A stretch of 64,000 nucleotides of DNA from Hemiscyllium ocellatum (lineage: Eukaryota): NCBI RefSeq assembly GCF_020745735.1, contig NC_083429.1, forward strand, positions 16,907,877 to 16,971,876, in the 5' to 3' direction. Positions 50,196-63,130 of the stretch are shown here, one piece after another (the stretch's first letter is position 1; each line of letters opens with the position of its first letter). A program made the position numbers and the translations under genes. Under the pieces are notes generated by a model, which searched no databases, was not told where the DNA came from, and was given only the letters and a program-made list of their open reading frames with translations.

Positions 50196-50959
50196 TATAT
50201 ACTTTTGATGTACATTTCCAAGGATTCATTACAGCCTATAAACAAGTCCCTATTGCTGTCTGTCTGAAAGGACTGGCAATGCCCATTCAATAAGGCTAGA
50301 CCAGGCTGATTCTCAGTCTTTGAGGGTTGGTTAATGTTTCAGGATTTGCTTTCGGTGATTTGGGATTCTGCTCACCTACGGCTGGCACTTGGCTTCGGGC
50401 CATCGCACTGAGGTGGTCTCTCTGGAGATATCATTGAAGAAGATGCCAGAGAGGGAGAGAGCGAGAGCGAGTTGGGACTTCAGGTTATCCCTTTGATTCC
50501 CCTCTTTGGGTCTTTTTCCAAGATTCTGTGACCTGTGTCTAATACTAGCATTAGGAAGATCCAATGAGGTGACTATTTTCTACATTTGGAGATTGCAGGA
50601 CATGGTTTTGAATCTTCAACTACCAACTGCTGTCCATAGCCAATATACCTCTGCCCTTCTACTGAGCTGAGTGCCACCAAGCTTGTGTAGCATCCTTCCA
50701 ACAAACCAGGTTCACTGGAGGTGCAAACTGCATCAGTCTGAAACAACGTGGCTGTTAACCACTGGCTGGATAGGACCACACCTGTCTGATTTTGACAGGA
50801 AGTTGACTATGCAAGGTCAGACTGCATGAATAGTGTCTGAGCTCTGCAGTTTGCAAATTGCAGAGTCCAGCTAGGTTTAAATTTAGCTTCCATGTTTCGA
50901 GTTTTTATCCATGCTCATGAAAAAATATCAGTACTTTTGTATCAATCCTGGAGGTCATA

Positions 50960-53040
50960 GATCACCTGACCACAGATTAATCAAGTCAGCATGGTTTTGT
51001 TTATGGGGAGGTTATGTCTGACTAACATGTTTGAAGTTTTTAAAGAGGTGACCAGGTGTGTCAATGACGCCCCTGTGTTTGATGTAGTCTACCTGGACTT
51101 CAAGGCTTTTGATAAGGTCTCACATGGGAGACTGATTATAAAGTAAGAGCCCATGGCAAATTGGTTTCAGAATTAGCTTAATGATAAGAAGTAGAGGATT
51201 GAGAAGTGTTTTTGTCTAGTGGGGCTCTGCAGGATCAATGTTAGAGCTCTTGCAATATATATATTAATGATTTAGACTTGTATATCGGAGAATTGATTGA
51301 TAAATTTGTGGGTGAGGTAGTAAATAGATCAGAGAAGATCCTTAGATTACTGGAGGATACAGATACGTTGGTCAGTGGCAAATTAATTAATTTGGATAAG
51401 ATTGAGATGATACACATGGGCAGGACAAAAAAGTCAAGGGAATACAAAAAGAATGGTAGGACCTTAAGTTATCAGGCCAGATAGGCGAGGTAGTTAAGCA
51501 GACATATGGGATGCTTACATTTATTAACTGAAGCATAGAGCTTAAGAACAGGGAGGTTATGCAGGAATTGTATAAAACATTAGTTAGACCACAGCTTAAG
51601 TATTTAGTATAGTTCTGGAATCCACATTCGAGGAGGAATGTGATAGCACTGGAGTGGGCGCAGAGGAGTTTATCAGGATGTTGCCAGGACTGTAGAGTTT
51701 CTGTTGTGAAGAGAGATTGGATAGACTGGGGTTATTTCCCTTGGAGCAGAAGAGACTGAGTGGAACATGATTGAGAGGTATAAAATTATGAGGGGCATAG
51801 ATAGCATGGGCAGGAAGACATTTCTCCCTTTGATGGAGGGGTCAATGGTCACCAGCATATATTTAAGATAAGGAGAAGGACATTTAGAGGAGATGAGAGG
51901 AAAACATTTTTCACCCAGGTGGTGGTGGGAATCTAGAACTCAGTGCCCGCTAGGGTGGTAGAGGAAGAAACCTTCAAAGCATTGAAGAAGTATTTAGATG
52001 TACACTTGCGATGCCAAGCCATACAAGGCTATGGGCCAAGTGCTGGAAAATGGGATGAGAATAGTGAAGTGGCTGTTTTGACCAGCGCAGATCCCAGGGT
52101 CTTTTTTCCTGTGTCGCAGACTCTGACTATAGCTCTAAATTAGTTAAACATGATTTCCCTTTGTGAAAGTAATATTAACTTTGCCTGATTACATTAAACA
52201 TATCCAAGTGCTCTATTTATAACAGCTTTAATCATAGCTTCTAATATTTTCCCTATGATAGATGTTAAGTTAACTAGCCTGTAATTTCCTGCTTTCTACC
52301 TCTCTTTTTGGAGAAATAAACTACTTTAGTCATTTTACAAAGTAAATAAACCTTTCCCTAAAACCTGCAGCACAGAGACAGGCCCTTTGGCCCAAACTGG
52401 TCCACGCCGACCAAAATGTCCATTCCACGCTAACCCCATTTCCCTGCACTTGGTCCATATCCTTCTAATCCTTTCCAATCCATGTATTTGTCCAAGTGCT
52501 TTTTAAATGTTGTTAATGTTACCCGCCTCAAACACTTTGGCTGACAGCTCAATCCATATGCGTACCATCCTCTGTGTAAAAACGTTACCCCTCAGGTTCC
52601 CTTTTATTCTTTCTCTTGTAACCTTAAATTGATGCCCTCTAGTCCTTGATTCCTCAACCCTGGGAAGAAACTGAGTGAGTGCATTCACCCTATCTCATGA
52701 TCTTATACACCTCTATAAGGCCCCCCCTCAGACTCCTATGCTCTAAAGAAAATAAGGTCCTAGCTTGTCCAACCTCTTCCTGTAACTCAGACCATTGAGT
52801 CCTGGCAAGATCCTTGTAAATTTCTTCTGCATTCTTTCCAGTTTAATAACATCCTTTCTATAACAAGGTGATCAAAAATTAAAACACTCTCTAGGACCTT
52901 ACCATTAAGTGTATAAGTCCCGTTCTGATTTGTTTTTCCAAACTGCAGCACCTTGCATTTATCTAAATTAAACTCCATCTGCCACTCCTCAGCCCATTGG
53001 CCAATCTGATCAAGATCCTGTTGTAATCTTCACTTTTTCC
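50960..53040. mobile_element. CR1 fragments (+ 50960-52130; - 52140-53040)
   Basis: DVVYLDF.AFDKV remnants; ORFs 51943..52143, 52503..52688 and 52787..52978. Confidence 0.85.
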
Positions 53041-53455
53041 AATATCTCCTGCCTATGCTTCCAGGAACTTAAAAAGTAGAAGTGGGAGTAGGCTGATTGG
53101 CTCTTGAGCCTGTCCCATCGTTTATCAGAAATATAGCTGATCTTCCACGTCATCTGCACCTTGTCACACATTAAGTTTCTCTCTGCACTACTGCTTGGTT
53201 CCACGGGGCTTAGAGTTGCTCATCATCTCTCTTGCTTGATAATTTTTCAGTGAACCCTTTTTCCTGAAAAAGGAAAGATGAACTCCTTCATGAAGACCTT
53301 TAGAGTTGCATCAAAGAATTGAGGTTGCTGTAACTTCTAATAAAATTAATTTCCGCGATTTGGTCATTTATTATGATGTGAAGATTAGATTAGACTAGAT
53401 TAGACTTACAGTGTGGAAACAGGCCCTTCGGCCCAACAAGTCCACACCGACCCGC

Positions 53456-53815
53456 CGATGCTGGTGTTGAATTGGGGTGAACAAGATCAGAAGTCACAAA
53501 ATACCAGGTTATAGTCCAACAGGTTTATCAGAAATTAAAAGCTTTCAGAGTGCTGTTCCTTCATCAGGTGAGAAGTCTCTGTATCAATATGTTTGATTTT
53601 ATTGGAAATTGAGCCAGCAATTTGTGGTGTCAATGGTAGCCATGATGTGGAGGTGCCAGTGTTGGACTGGGGTGGACAAGGTCAGAAGTTACACAACACC
53701 AAGTTATAGTCCAACAGGTTTATTTGAAATCACAAGATTTTGGAGTGCTGCTCCTTTGTCAGGTGAAATTACAGCATAACCTGACTATAACCTGGTGTCA
53801 TGTGAGTTCTGACTT
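53456..53815. mobile_element. Two F1-family fragments
   Basis: gtgttggactggggtg...caccaggttatagtccaacaggttta...ccttcatcaggtg. Confidence 0.7.
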
Positions 53816-56120
53816 AGTCATTTATTATGCTACATTTTGAATTCCTTTAATACCCTTGGGGTAAATGCAACACTTGACATTCAGCACAAACTCCAACTGT
53901 AACTCCCTCTTGACTGCATTACATGTTTTCATTTGTAAGCTGCTCCAATCATCTTCAAAGCCCTTCAATAGGGTCAGTTTGAACCTCTGTCAGCAAGAGG
54001 AACTGGTGCACAATCTGTTGGTAACCACCTGAGCAGTCCCAAGCAAATAAATCCTGACACCCAGGGGGGCCATAGCCATCAATAGCATTCCAGAGAGGGA
54101 AGGTTTACAGATTTAGAGATGTTCAGGCTGGAGGGTACAGTATTTTGCCACCTTTCTTGATTGCTGTCTCTCACTTTAGTTCTGAGTTAAGTAGTATTTG
54201 CCTCATGTGTATACAGGCCATGATAACCTGCTATTGTGTTTGACCGTACCTCATGCTACCTCCTACCTATCCTAACCCTGGCCTCTCTGTTTCTTCTAGG
54301 CTTATCAGATGTCTAAGACACTCGAGTGAAACATACTGGCAGGGATAGGAAATCATGAAGAAGATGCCTGTGGCTCATGTCAATTCGCCTGAGCAGTATT
54401 TAGTGAGAGGACTCTGCACTCTGATTTCAATGGGGCTTTTGATAAGAGACCAAATTCAAGTCCCAGCTCCACAGCGGATGAAAGGGATGGGAAGATCGAC
54501 TGAACGGACACTTGGAGATTAGATGGATAGCGACTTGAAAGTGTCATGGCCACTCTGAGGAAATGTTTGAACTGCCACTATGTCTGCATCATTTAGAATG
54601 AAATGGCTGAGGAGAGATTTATTTGTGGTGTAGAAAAGTATGAGGAATCTGGAAAGAAAGGGTAGGAAGCCGACTACCAACAAGGTGTAGGCTTTGCCTT
54701 CACTCGGGTATTTGTAGCTGATGCAGCAATATTTATATTAGCTCCTGTAACGTAAGAGCTGGCCTTTGGTAATGTGGCATCGAAAGATTCAACTGCTATT
54801 TATTAAAGCTCCTGAGGTATTGAAACACTACAGCTACAGGCATTTCAGTTTATCAGCGAATAATAAACTGTTTGGAGTACCACACAGTTGTGGCTACCAA
54901 TGCTGCAGAAGCAGTTGTTCGATGCAAGACTTTCTCTGGAGTGAGGGTTGATGATCTTGTCTCCAAACAGTGAATGCTGCCCAGAGCATTAAATGGTACA
55001 GAGATAACAGGATAGCATACATAATAGATATGTATACCCTGGTGACTTTTTTGGTGGTGACCAACAAACAGTACAAGGAATAGATGAAAGAATACCTCAG
55101 GTGGGGGCAGGGAGACAGTGGCTGCCAAGTTAGGCCAAGGATGACGATTTGTCCAGCTCTGGCAGTTACTACACCTATACAACCCTATGCTGTTTATGAA
55201 ATTGTTAAGTAAAGTGAAGTGAAAGAGGTTTGTAAAGGACTGAGATAATTTTTTACAAGATTTGTGTTTAAAGAAATGTCTTGCAGAAAGGTAGTAGGTA
55301 ATCTTCGGTGTCATAGTGCACATAAAAAGTTATAAATATTATTCCGATTTTGATTCAAGATCAGAATTGAAAGTTGTTGGATCACTTATTTACAGATAAC
55401 ATAATTCAAATGTCAAACAAAAATAGAGAGTGCTGGAAAAGCTCAGCCAGTCTGACAGCATCTGTAGAGAGAAATCAGAGTTAATGTTTTAGGTCCAGTT
55501 GAAGTGACACTCAACCCAAAACATTAACTCTGATTTTTCCCCATAGATGCTGCTAGACCTGCTGAGCATTTTCAGCAATTTTAATTTTTGTTTCTCATTT
55601 ACAGCATCCGCAGTTCTTTCAGGTTTTGTTCACGTTTCAAATGACCTTTAGAATTAATATCAAAGTGAAAAAAATCAATAGGTTTTCGTTGTGTGTACAA
55701 CTTACTCACCAGTAGGTGTCAGACAGAGACAGTCATGTCGTACATAACGTAGAATTAAATTGTATATTATTTGGCTCGACTGATCCAGTGCACTCACACC
55801 ATCTTCCCCACTGCATCTCCCCAACCCCACCCCCACTCTTCTACATCTAACCCATGCAGCACCGCCTTCTATTCTTTCTCGTTCTTGTATTTGTCCATCT
55901 TCTCCTGAAATGTCTCACTGCTATTTGCCTCGAACACTCTTAGCAAGGTCCATGTTCAAACCATGCACTGGGTGAAGATGTTTTTCATGAATTAATTATT
56001 ATATTTATCAGTGACTATCCTACAATGATGCTCAAGCTATTTTATTCCAGAAGCACGTTCACAGCCTGGAGCCCGAATTGCAGTTAAACTTACATTGAAA
56101 ACTGTGGATATCAGTCAAAT

Positions 56121-56433
56121 GGGCAGCATGGTGGCTCAGTGGTTAGCACTGCTGCCTCACAGCGCCATGGACCCAGGTTCAATTCCCGCCTTGGGCAACT
56201 GTCTGTGTGGAGTTTGCACATTCTCTGCGTGTCTGCGTGGATTTCCTCTGGGTGCTCCGGTTTCCTCCCACAGTCACAAAGATGTGCAGGTCAGGTGAAT
56301 TGGCCATGCTAAATTGCCCATAGTGTTAGGTGTAGGGGCATGAGTCTGGGTGGGTTGCTCTTCAGAGGGTCAGTGTGGACTTGTTGAGCCAAAGGGCCTG
56401 TTTCCACACTGTAGGGAATATAATCAAATAATC
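56121..56433 (+). mobile_element. tRNA-derived V-SINE (HE1-like)
   Basis: gggcagcatggtggctcagtggttagcac (A box), ggttcaattccc (B box), V-domain, CR1-like tail. Confidence 0.9.
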
Positions 56434-57269
56434 AGGTTGAAAAACCTGTAACAAAAAAAATAGACAAATTCAGCAGCTAACAGGGTGGAGACACTATTTA
56501 AAAAATGCATGAAGTGATATTCAATTTACAAACCAATGCACCATTGTAGACTTAAGTATTATTTAACATAACCTAAACCATCTGAGGAATGGGGCTACGC
56601 TAGTGACTTTCTGTCTTGCCACTTACATCGTTCAATCTTGTAACCCTTCAAGTTGCCCTGATTGCTCTGGTGGAGTGAGGAGTGTGGGCCTGAGCACTTC
56701 TTGTATTGGATAAATTGCAAAAGAGATTTTCCAAACTTAGTACAAAGATTGATTCTCCCTGCTTGTTAAATGTTGAGCTTTGTAACATGAAGGGCGCTGC
56801 TATACACCTGATATTGAGAGCCTCAGATCCACCTCAGCATGTGCTTGTGTAGCAGCCTGTGACTGCTCAAGTAACATAAAATCATTAAAAGCTAGAAATG
56901 TAAGCACAACAACTAAAATAAATAGGGCACAGAAAGTGGCCAAAAAGCAAGTTATGTTGGGAATACCTCAGCCAATATTTCAAATACACAAAGACAATTC
57001 AGCCTGGAGACAGGTCCTTGCAAGAGGTAAAACCAGAAATTGCTGGAAAATCTCAGTAGGTCTGAGAGATCTGTGGAGAGAAATCAGAATTAATGTTTTG
57101 GGTGTAGTGACCCTTCTTCAGAACCCTTCTAGCAAGTGGTAAGCCCAGACAATTGAAAACCAGAGAGGCACCAGAACACATTAGCAAGTGTAAAAGGATA
57201 GTTCAGCATTTCCTGACAAACAAAACACGAGGTGCACAAGGCAGACGTCCCTCAGTAAAGCAAAAGACT

Positions 57270-57500
57270 GAAGGGTCTGTTTCCGACCAGACCCTTCGAT
57301 CCAACTCATTTATGCTGACCAGATATCCCAACCTAATCTCTCCCCATTTGCCAGCACTTGGCCCATATCCCTGTAAACCCTTCCTATTCATATACCCATC
57401 CACATGCCTTTTAAATGTTTGAATTGTACCAGCCTCCAACACTTCCTCTGGCAGCTCATTCCATACATGTACCACCCTCTGTATGAAAACATTGCTCCTG
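57270..57500 (-). mobile_element. CR1 3' fragment
   Basis: ORF 57203..57532 QRVVHVWNELPEEV. Confidence 0.85.
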
Positions 57501-57889
57501 TGTCGCTTTTGGTAATTACTGTCAATCATCATCTGATTGGTATATTCTTCATAACAATCCTCTACCAGTCAAAATGCATTTACTAACCAATCAGCTATCT
57601 GTTTTCATATACAGAATGACGGTTTTACCTTTAAATTGATACCCTTGTGAATTGGTGTTCGTGTGAGCTGTCCTGCTGAGTGCAAGCCAAAACTTCGAAA
57701 ATGTGTCTATTTTCAGCAATACTCAAATTGTAATAATGTTGAGTTAACATGTGAAGATGTGCACTGTACTGAGTGTATTCTTCACTTTTTATTTTACTTT
57801 TAATTTCTAAATATCCTTTCTAGTCTTTCTGTTTATGATGATTCTATTAAATATCCAAGCACCAATTTTAAACTGACCTTTTATTACTT

Positions 57890-59590
57890 TGACTGATGTA
57901 GAGATTGCTGGGAAGGTCACTATCTATCCCTAATTGCCCTCGAGAAGGTGTTGGGGAGCTGCCTTCTTCAACCACTGCCATCCCTGGAATGCTGCCAGGG
58001 AAAGAGTTCCAAGGTTTTGACCCAGCAACAGCGAGGGAATAGTGATGTATTTCCAAGTCAGTTTGCTGAGTGGCTTGAAAGGGAACTTGCAGATGGTGGT
58101 GTTCCCATATATCTGATACCCTTGACCTTTAAGTTGGATGTGGTCATGGTTTCAGAAGATGCTGTCTAAGGATCTTTGGTGAATTTCCTGCAGAGTATCT
58201 TGCAGATAGCACCCGCTGTTGCAACAGAGCATCATGGTGGAGGGTGTGCTGCCAATTAAGTGAACTGCTTCCTGCTGGATGGTGTCACCTTCTTGAGTAT
58301 TGCTGAAGCTGCACTCATCCAGGCAAGTGGGCAGTATTCCATCACATTGTTGACTTGCATCTTGTAGATGGTGGACAAGCTTTGGGGAGCCAAGAGGTGA
58401 GTTATTCAGAGCAGAATTCCTATCCTCTGACCTAGAACATAGAATATAAGACTTTACAGTGCAGAAAAAGGCCCTTCAGCCCAAGACGCTGTGTCAAACA
58501 TGACACCAAATTAAACTAATCCCTTCTGCCTGGCCTTGGTCCAAATCCCTCCATGTCTTGCCTATTCACATGCTAATCTAAAAGTCCCATAAATATCCTT
58601 ATCATATCTGCCTCCACCGCCAATCCCCGAGCAGTGTGTTCCAATCTCTTACCACTCAGTGTAAAATGCTTGCCCCTTCTGAGAACATTCCCTGGTCTCC
58701 TCAAATTCATGCCCCTAGTATTTGACATTTGAACTCTGGAAAAAACTTTCAGTCCTATCTATACATAATTTTATAGACTTCTATCAAGTCTCCCCTCAGC
58801 CTTCGCCACTCTAGAGAAAAAAACCAAGTTTTTCTCACATCTTCTTATAGCGTATACCCTCTAATCCAGGCAGTATCCTGGTGAACCTCTTCAGCACCCT
58901 CTCAAAGCCTCCACATCCTTCCTGTAATGTGGCAACCAGAATTGAACTTGGGAGCCTAATCAAAGTTACAGAAGCTGCAATATGACACCCTTACTCTTGT
59001 ATTCAATTCCCTGACCAATAAAGGTAAGCATACCATACACCTTCTTTACGACCCTATCTACTTTTACATCATTGCTGTTCAGGTTCCTACCATCAACTGT
59101 ATGTTTTTCCTTAACATTTGATCTCCCAAAGTGCAGACCACACACTTACCCAGATTAAACTCCATCTGCCATTTTTCCGCCCATATCTGCAACTGATCAG
59201 TATCTCACTGTATCCTTGGACAATCTTCTACACTATCCACAACTCCACCAAACTTTGTCTCGTCTGCAACATTACTAACCGACCCAACTACATTTTCATC
59301 CAAGTCATTTCACAAACAGCAGGGATCCCAGTATGGATTCCTGAGGAACACTAGTTGCCGCTCTCCAGCCAGAAAACTACCCTCTGCCTTCAATGGGCAA
59401 GCCTTTGTATTTATGTGATTGGCCCAGTTCAATTTCTGGTCAATGGTAAGAGCCAGGGGGATTGAGAGTAGGGGATTCAGTGATGGTAATGCCATTTAAT
59501 GCCAAGTTGTGATGATTAGATTCTCCCTGTTGTCAATAGTCATTGCCAAGCACTTATGTAATGCAAATGTTAATTCCAATTGTCAGTTCA
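57890..59590 (-). mobile_element. Second-family LINE interrupted by a CR1 copy (58433-59400)
   Basis: The host LINE resumes at about 59400 after the CR1 (tagaacatagaa tail at 58433). Confidence 0.75.
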
Positions 59591-60039
59591 TACTTCCTCT
59601 GTAGTTTTAGTAACTCAGAACTCACCTTTTGAAATTACTTTGGTTACCTTTCTGAATCTCTCCTCCATGAATTGATAGCTCTTCTGGCACCTTTTTCTTA
59701 ACCATGAAATGCTTTGGGATGTTAAAGGCACCAGGTAGAAACAGGCCTCTGTACCTGAAAGCAGCCACAAAGATAATGATGTATCAATATAAATTTGTTT
59801 GGTTAGAGATAAACTGGACATTCAGGAGGACTGTTGCAGATGCCACTGAGGCATGGGATAATTAAAGCAATTAAAATTCAGCAATGACTGTGGATATAGG
59901 CTTGTATGAATTTATTGAGTATATTGAGAAATCTGGTGAGTATGGTACATGCAGGTTGTTATCTCAACACCAGGTGGCACTTTGATGGAAGCAATAGCAG
60001 TGCAATGTAATAATGACACTCCAAATTTTTCTCCTGTTT

Positions 60040-60760
60040 TAATAAAACAAAGAACTGATGCTAGATATCTGAAACAAAAACAGAAATTGCTGATGAACCT
60101 CCACAGGACTGGCAGTATCTATGAGAAGAAAGCAGAGTTAAGATTTTGAGTCCAGTGACTTTTCATCAGAACTGAGAGAAGAGAGGAAGAAGTGGTCTTT
60201 ATGATGAAGATGTGGTTGGGGATGGGGGTGGGGGTGTGGGGGTGAGGGGATGGTGGTGGGAGGGTGGTGGAGGGAGGGAGAGGTGAATGCATAGGTGGAG
60301 ATGGAGCCCAGAGAGACAGAGATAGAGAGATATGAAAGGGTAAGGAATTGAGAGATTATTAATAGTACACTAGGACAGAAGAGAAAGTGAATAAGTGATA
60401 ATGAGAGCTAGGGGTAGCAGAGAGGTCAGTGGGTAGGCTATGATGAAAACAATCATGTAATGTGATATTAGCCTGAGAACATGTCGTCTGTACTGAAACC
60501 AGCCCATGTCATAACAGAACCAGGATGTGGGGTGGGTAAAAAGCAGGGAAGGATAGAGTCAAGTTCTCAAGTTATTGAACTTGATGTTGTGTCCTTGAGG
60601 CTGTGGGGTTCCCAAGCAAAAAATGAGGTATTGTTCTTTGAGCTTGCACTGAAGCTTGCTGGAACACTTCAGCAGGGTTGCAACAGAAATGTTACCATGA
60701 GAGCAGAGTGGTATATGAAGTGGCAGGCAACCTTACAGAGTCATTCTTACAGAGAGTGTG
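60040..60760 (-). mobile_element. Penelope-like element 3' fragment (F3)
   Basis: Homologous to 11858-12480; G-rich tract 60216-60285; hammerhead-like motif 60136-60173. Confidence 0.7.
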
Positions 60761-61200
60761 TAGGTGTTCGGTAGCTCACACAGGATCAGTGACTCAGCAC
60801 CTATCAGGATGCAAAAGCTCAACAGTGAGTGATGGCTAATGGAGAGAACTGTTACAACATTCCTTTCAGTGTCTGTAGTTTGACATCCTGCTGAATATAT
60901 AAATACTTTGGTGTACATCATCACAGGAAGAGAGGGAGGAACTGACATAGGGATAACATCACTGACCCATGAATCCAGAATCTCAGGCTAATGTTCTGGA
61001 GACAGTGGTTCGAATCCCAACATGTAGATGGTAAACTTTGAATTAATGGTGACCATGTAACCACTGGCAATCTTTGTAAAAAACCAACTGGTTTACTCAG
61101 GAAGGAAATAAAGCTGCCATCCTTACCTGGTCTGGTCTGGTCTGCAAGTGACTTCAAACCCACTACAATGTGATTAACTCAACACTGCTTCCTGGCAATT

Positions 61201-61530
61201 AACATAGAACATTACAGCGCAGTACAGGCCCTTCAGCCCTCGATGTTGCGCCGATCTGTCATACTAATCTGAAGCCCATCCCACCTACACTATTCCATGT
61301 ATGTCCATATGCTTGTCCAATGATGATTTAAATTTACTTAAAGTTGGCAAATCTACTGCCATTGCAGGCAAAGCATTCCATACCCTTACTACTCTCTGAG
61401 TAAAGAAATTACCTCTGACTTCTGTCCTATATCTATCACCCCTCAATTTAAAGCTACGCTCCCTCATGCTCACCATCACCATACTAGGAAAAAGGCTCTC
61501 CCTGTCCACCCAATCTAACCCTCTGATTAT
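61201..61530 (-). mobile_element. CR1 3' fragment inserted into a SINE
   Basis: ORF 61285..61509 RGNFFTQRVVRVWNALP. Confidence 0.9.
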
Positions 61531-61689
61531 AGGAAATAAATGTTGGCTGAGTCAACAATGCCCACATTCAATGAAAGGATAAAATGAAAAGTGGTTTTGT
61601 AATGGAGCAGTATTTCTTCTGGAGTCCTGTCATTCTTCAAGAGAGAGTACCTTGTTTCAATTTCCAAATCATGCTCACAGTTATTGAAT

Positions 61690-62453
61690 TTTGAGAAGAT
61701 TTGTAGCTCAGGTTGAGGTTCTGGATGTAGGTTTGCTCACTGAGGTAGAAGGTTTGTTTTCAGATGTTTCATCACCATACCAGGTAACATCTTCAGTGAG
61801 CCTCCGGACGAAGCACTGCTGATGTTTCCTGCTTCCGATTTAACAAACCCAATCCCGCAGACAAAACACATCCAGAAACCCTAGCCACTCTCCCCTACAT
61901 CAAAGACCTCTCGGAAATGACTGCCAGACTACTCAGACCCCTTGGCATCATGATAGCCCACTAAAACAGCAGCTCACAAACTTGAAAGACCCTATACGGA
62001 CAACAAACAAAACGAACATCATTTACAAATACTTTGCAAGAACTGTAACAAACACTACATTGGACAAACAGGCAGAAAATTAGCCCCCAGGATACATGCA
62101 CATCCAATAGCCACAAAACAACATGACCCACTCTCACCTCTATCCTTACATATGGATGAGGAAGGACACCACTTCGACTGGGACAACACATCCATCCAGA
62201 GACATGCACAAGAATTCCTAAAAGCATGGTATTCCAACTGGAATTCTATCAGCAAACACATTGACTTAGACCTCATTTACCAGCCCCTGAGAAAAAGAAC
62301 AGGAAATGACATCACCAACTCAAAGAAACCCAAACTTATAAATAGAAATCAGTGCTTTATCTGGAGGCTCACTGAACATGCTACCGAGTATGATGACAAA
62401 ACGTCTGAAAATGAACCTTCCAGCTCTGCGAGTAAACCTAATCCACATCCTCA
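61690..62453 (+). mobile_element. Penelope-like element (family F4): GIY-YIG endonuclease remnant with an inverted 3'-end copy at its 5' side
   Basis: LPYIKDLSE..ARLLRPLGI; NIIYK (62015) / CKNCNKHYIGQTGRKL..RIH (62035), the GIY-YIG motif; 61690-61838 is the reverse complement of the 3' end. Confidence 0.9.
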
Positions 62454-62714
62454 CAGTGTTTGGTACAATTGTGTTAAAAACCAATAACAACTGAAGCATT
62501 TGAGATCCTGGAATTTGTGAAAAAAGTGAGAAGCCACAAAATATTGAAAGATGAACTGCGACATTGCCAAATGGAACATAAGTAAATTATAAGAAAAGGG
62601 AGCAAGAGGAGTTAGGTGCTCCTGAGGGTAAAACAGAAGAATGGAGTTGCCCATGATTGAAGGGTCATGGTCACAGAAGGCACTAGCCTGCCATGAGACC
62701 AACTTGTTTTAGCA

Positions 62715-63130
62715 ATTCACCTCTGAGTCATAAGATTCTCGGTTCAATTCCCAATACAGGGCTCAAGCACAAGCAAAAGCTGACACTGCAGTTCAGCACT
62801 AGGAAATGTTGCTCTGTCAGAGGAGCCGTCTTTTGGGTGAGATATTAAAATTAGCTCCCCTCGAATTGATTAGATGGATGTAAGCATTCCTGAAGCAATA
62901 TTCAAGGAAGAGCAGGAGTGTTATTCCTGGTTTTCTGGCCAATCCCTAAGCAACATCATAAAGAGAAAGAGATTACCTGATCGCTAACATATTAATGTTT
63001 TTGAGAGTTTGTTGAGTGCTGCAGTATTTCCCATATTACAATATTGATCACTTTTCAAAAGTACTTAATTGTCAAGAGCTTTCAGACATGTGTTTAACAT
63101 GAAAACTACTACATAAATGTAATTCTTCAT
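62715..63130 (+). mobile_element. Deu-domain SINE (SacSINE1/AmnSINE1-like)
   Basis: B box ggttcaattccc; gccgtcttttgggtgagatattaaa...ggatgtaa...gaagagcagg...ctggccaat core; aagtacttaattg...taaatgtaa tail. Confidence 0.6.

Larger units (their letters stand above)
49020..50400 (-). pseudogene. Decayed gag-like ORF of an LTR retroelement/ERV, split by two Penelope-type insertions
   Basis: Broken frames RLQIEKIQAQFEKAYQLEQWAIRDRNTA and VLHQAGEGNKAYSGDSLNCQSKIGSLKLLL...HWEEVEEAAHRY; upstream AG/GTGAGC donor near 50376. Confidence 0.4.

Noticed and set aside
54894-55100. ZDHHC-like or other membrane-protein exon
   Set aside because: Only vague hydrophobic resemblance; no diagnostic motif or convincing splice sites
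56121-56195. tRNA gene (also 8950-9020)
   Set aside because: The A/B boxes run directly into the V-SINE body and tail; these are SINE heads
60216-60285. Regulatory G-quadruplex
   Set aside because: The G-rich tract is part of the Penelope-type element's low-complexity 3' region
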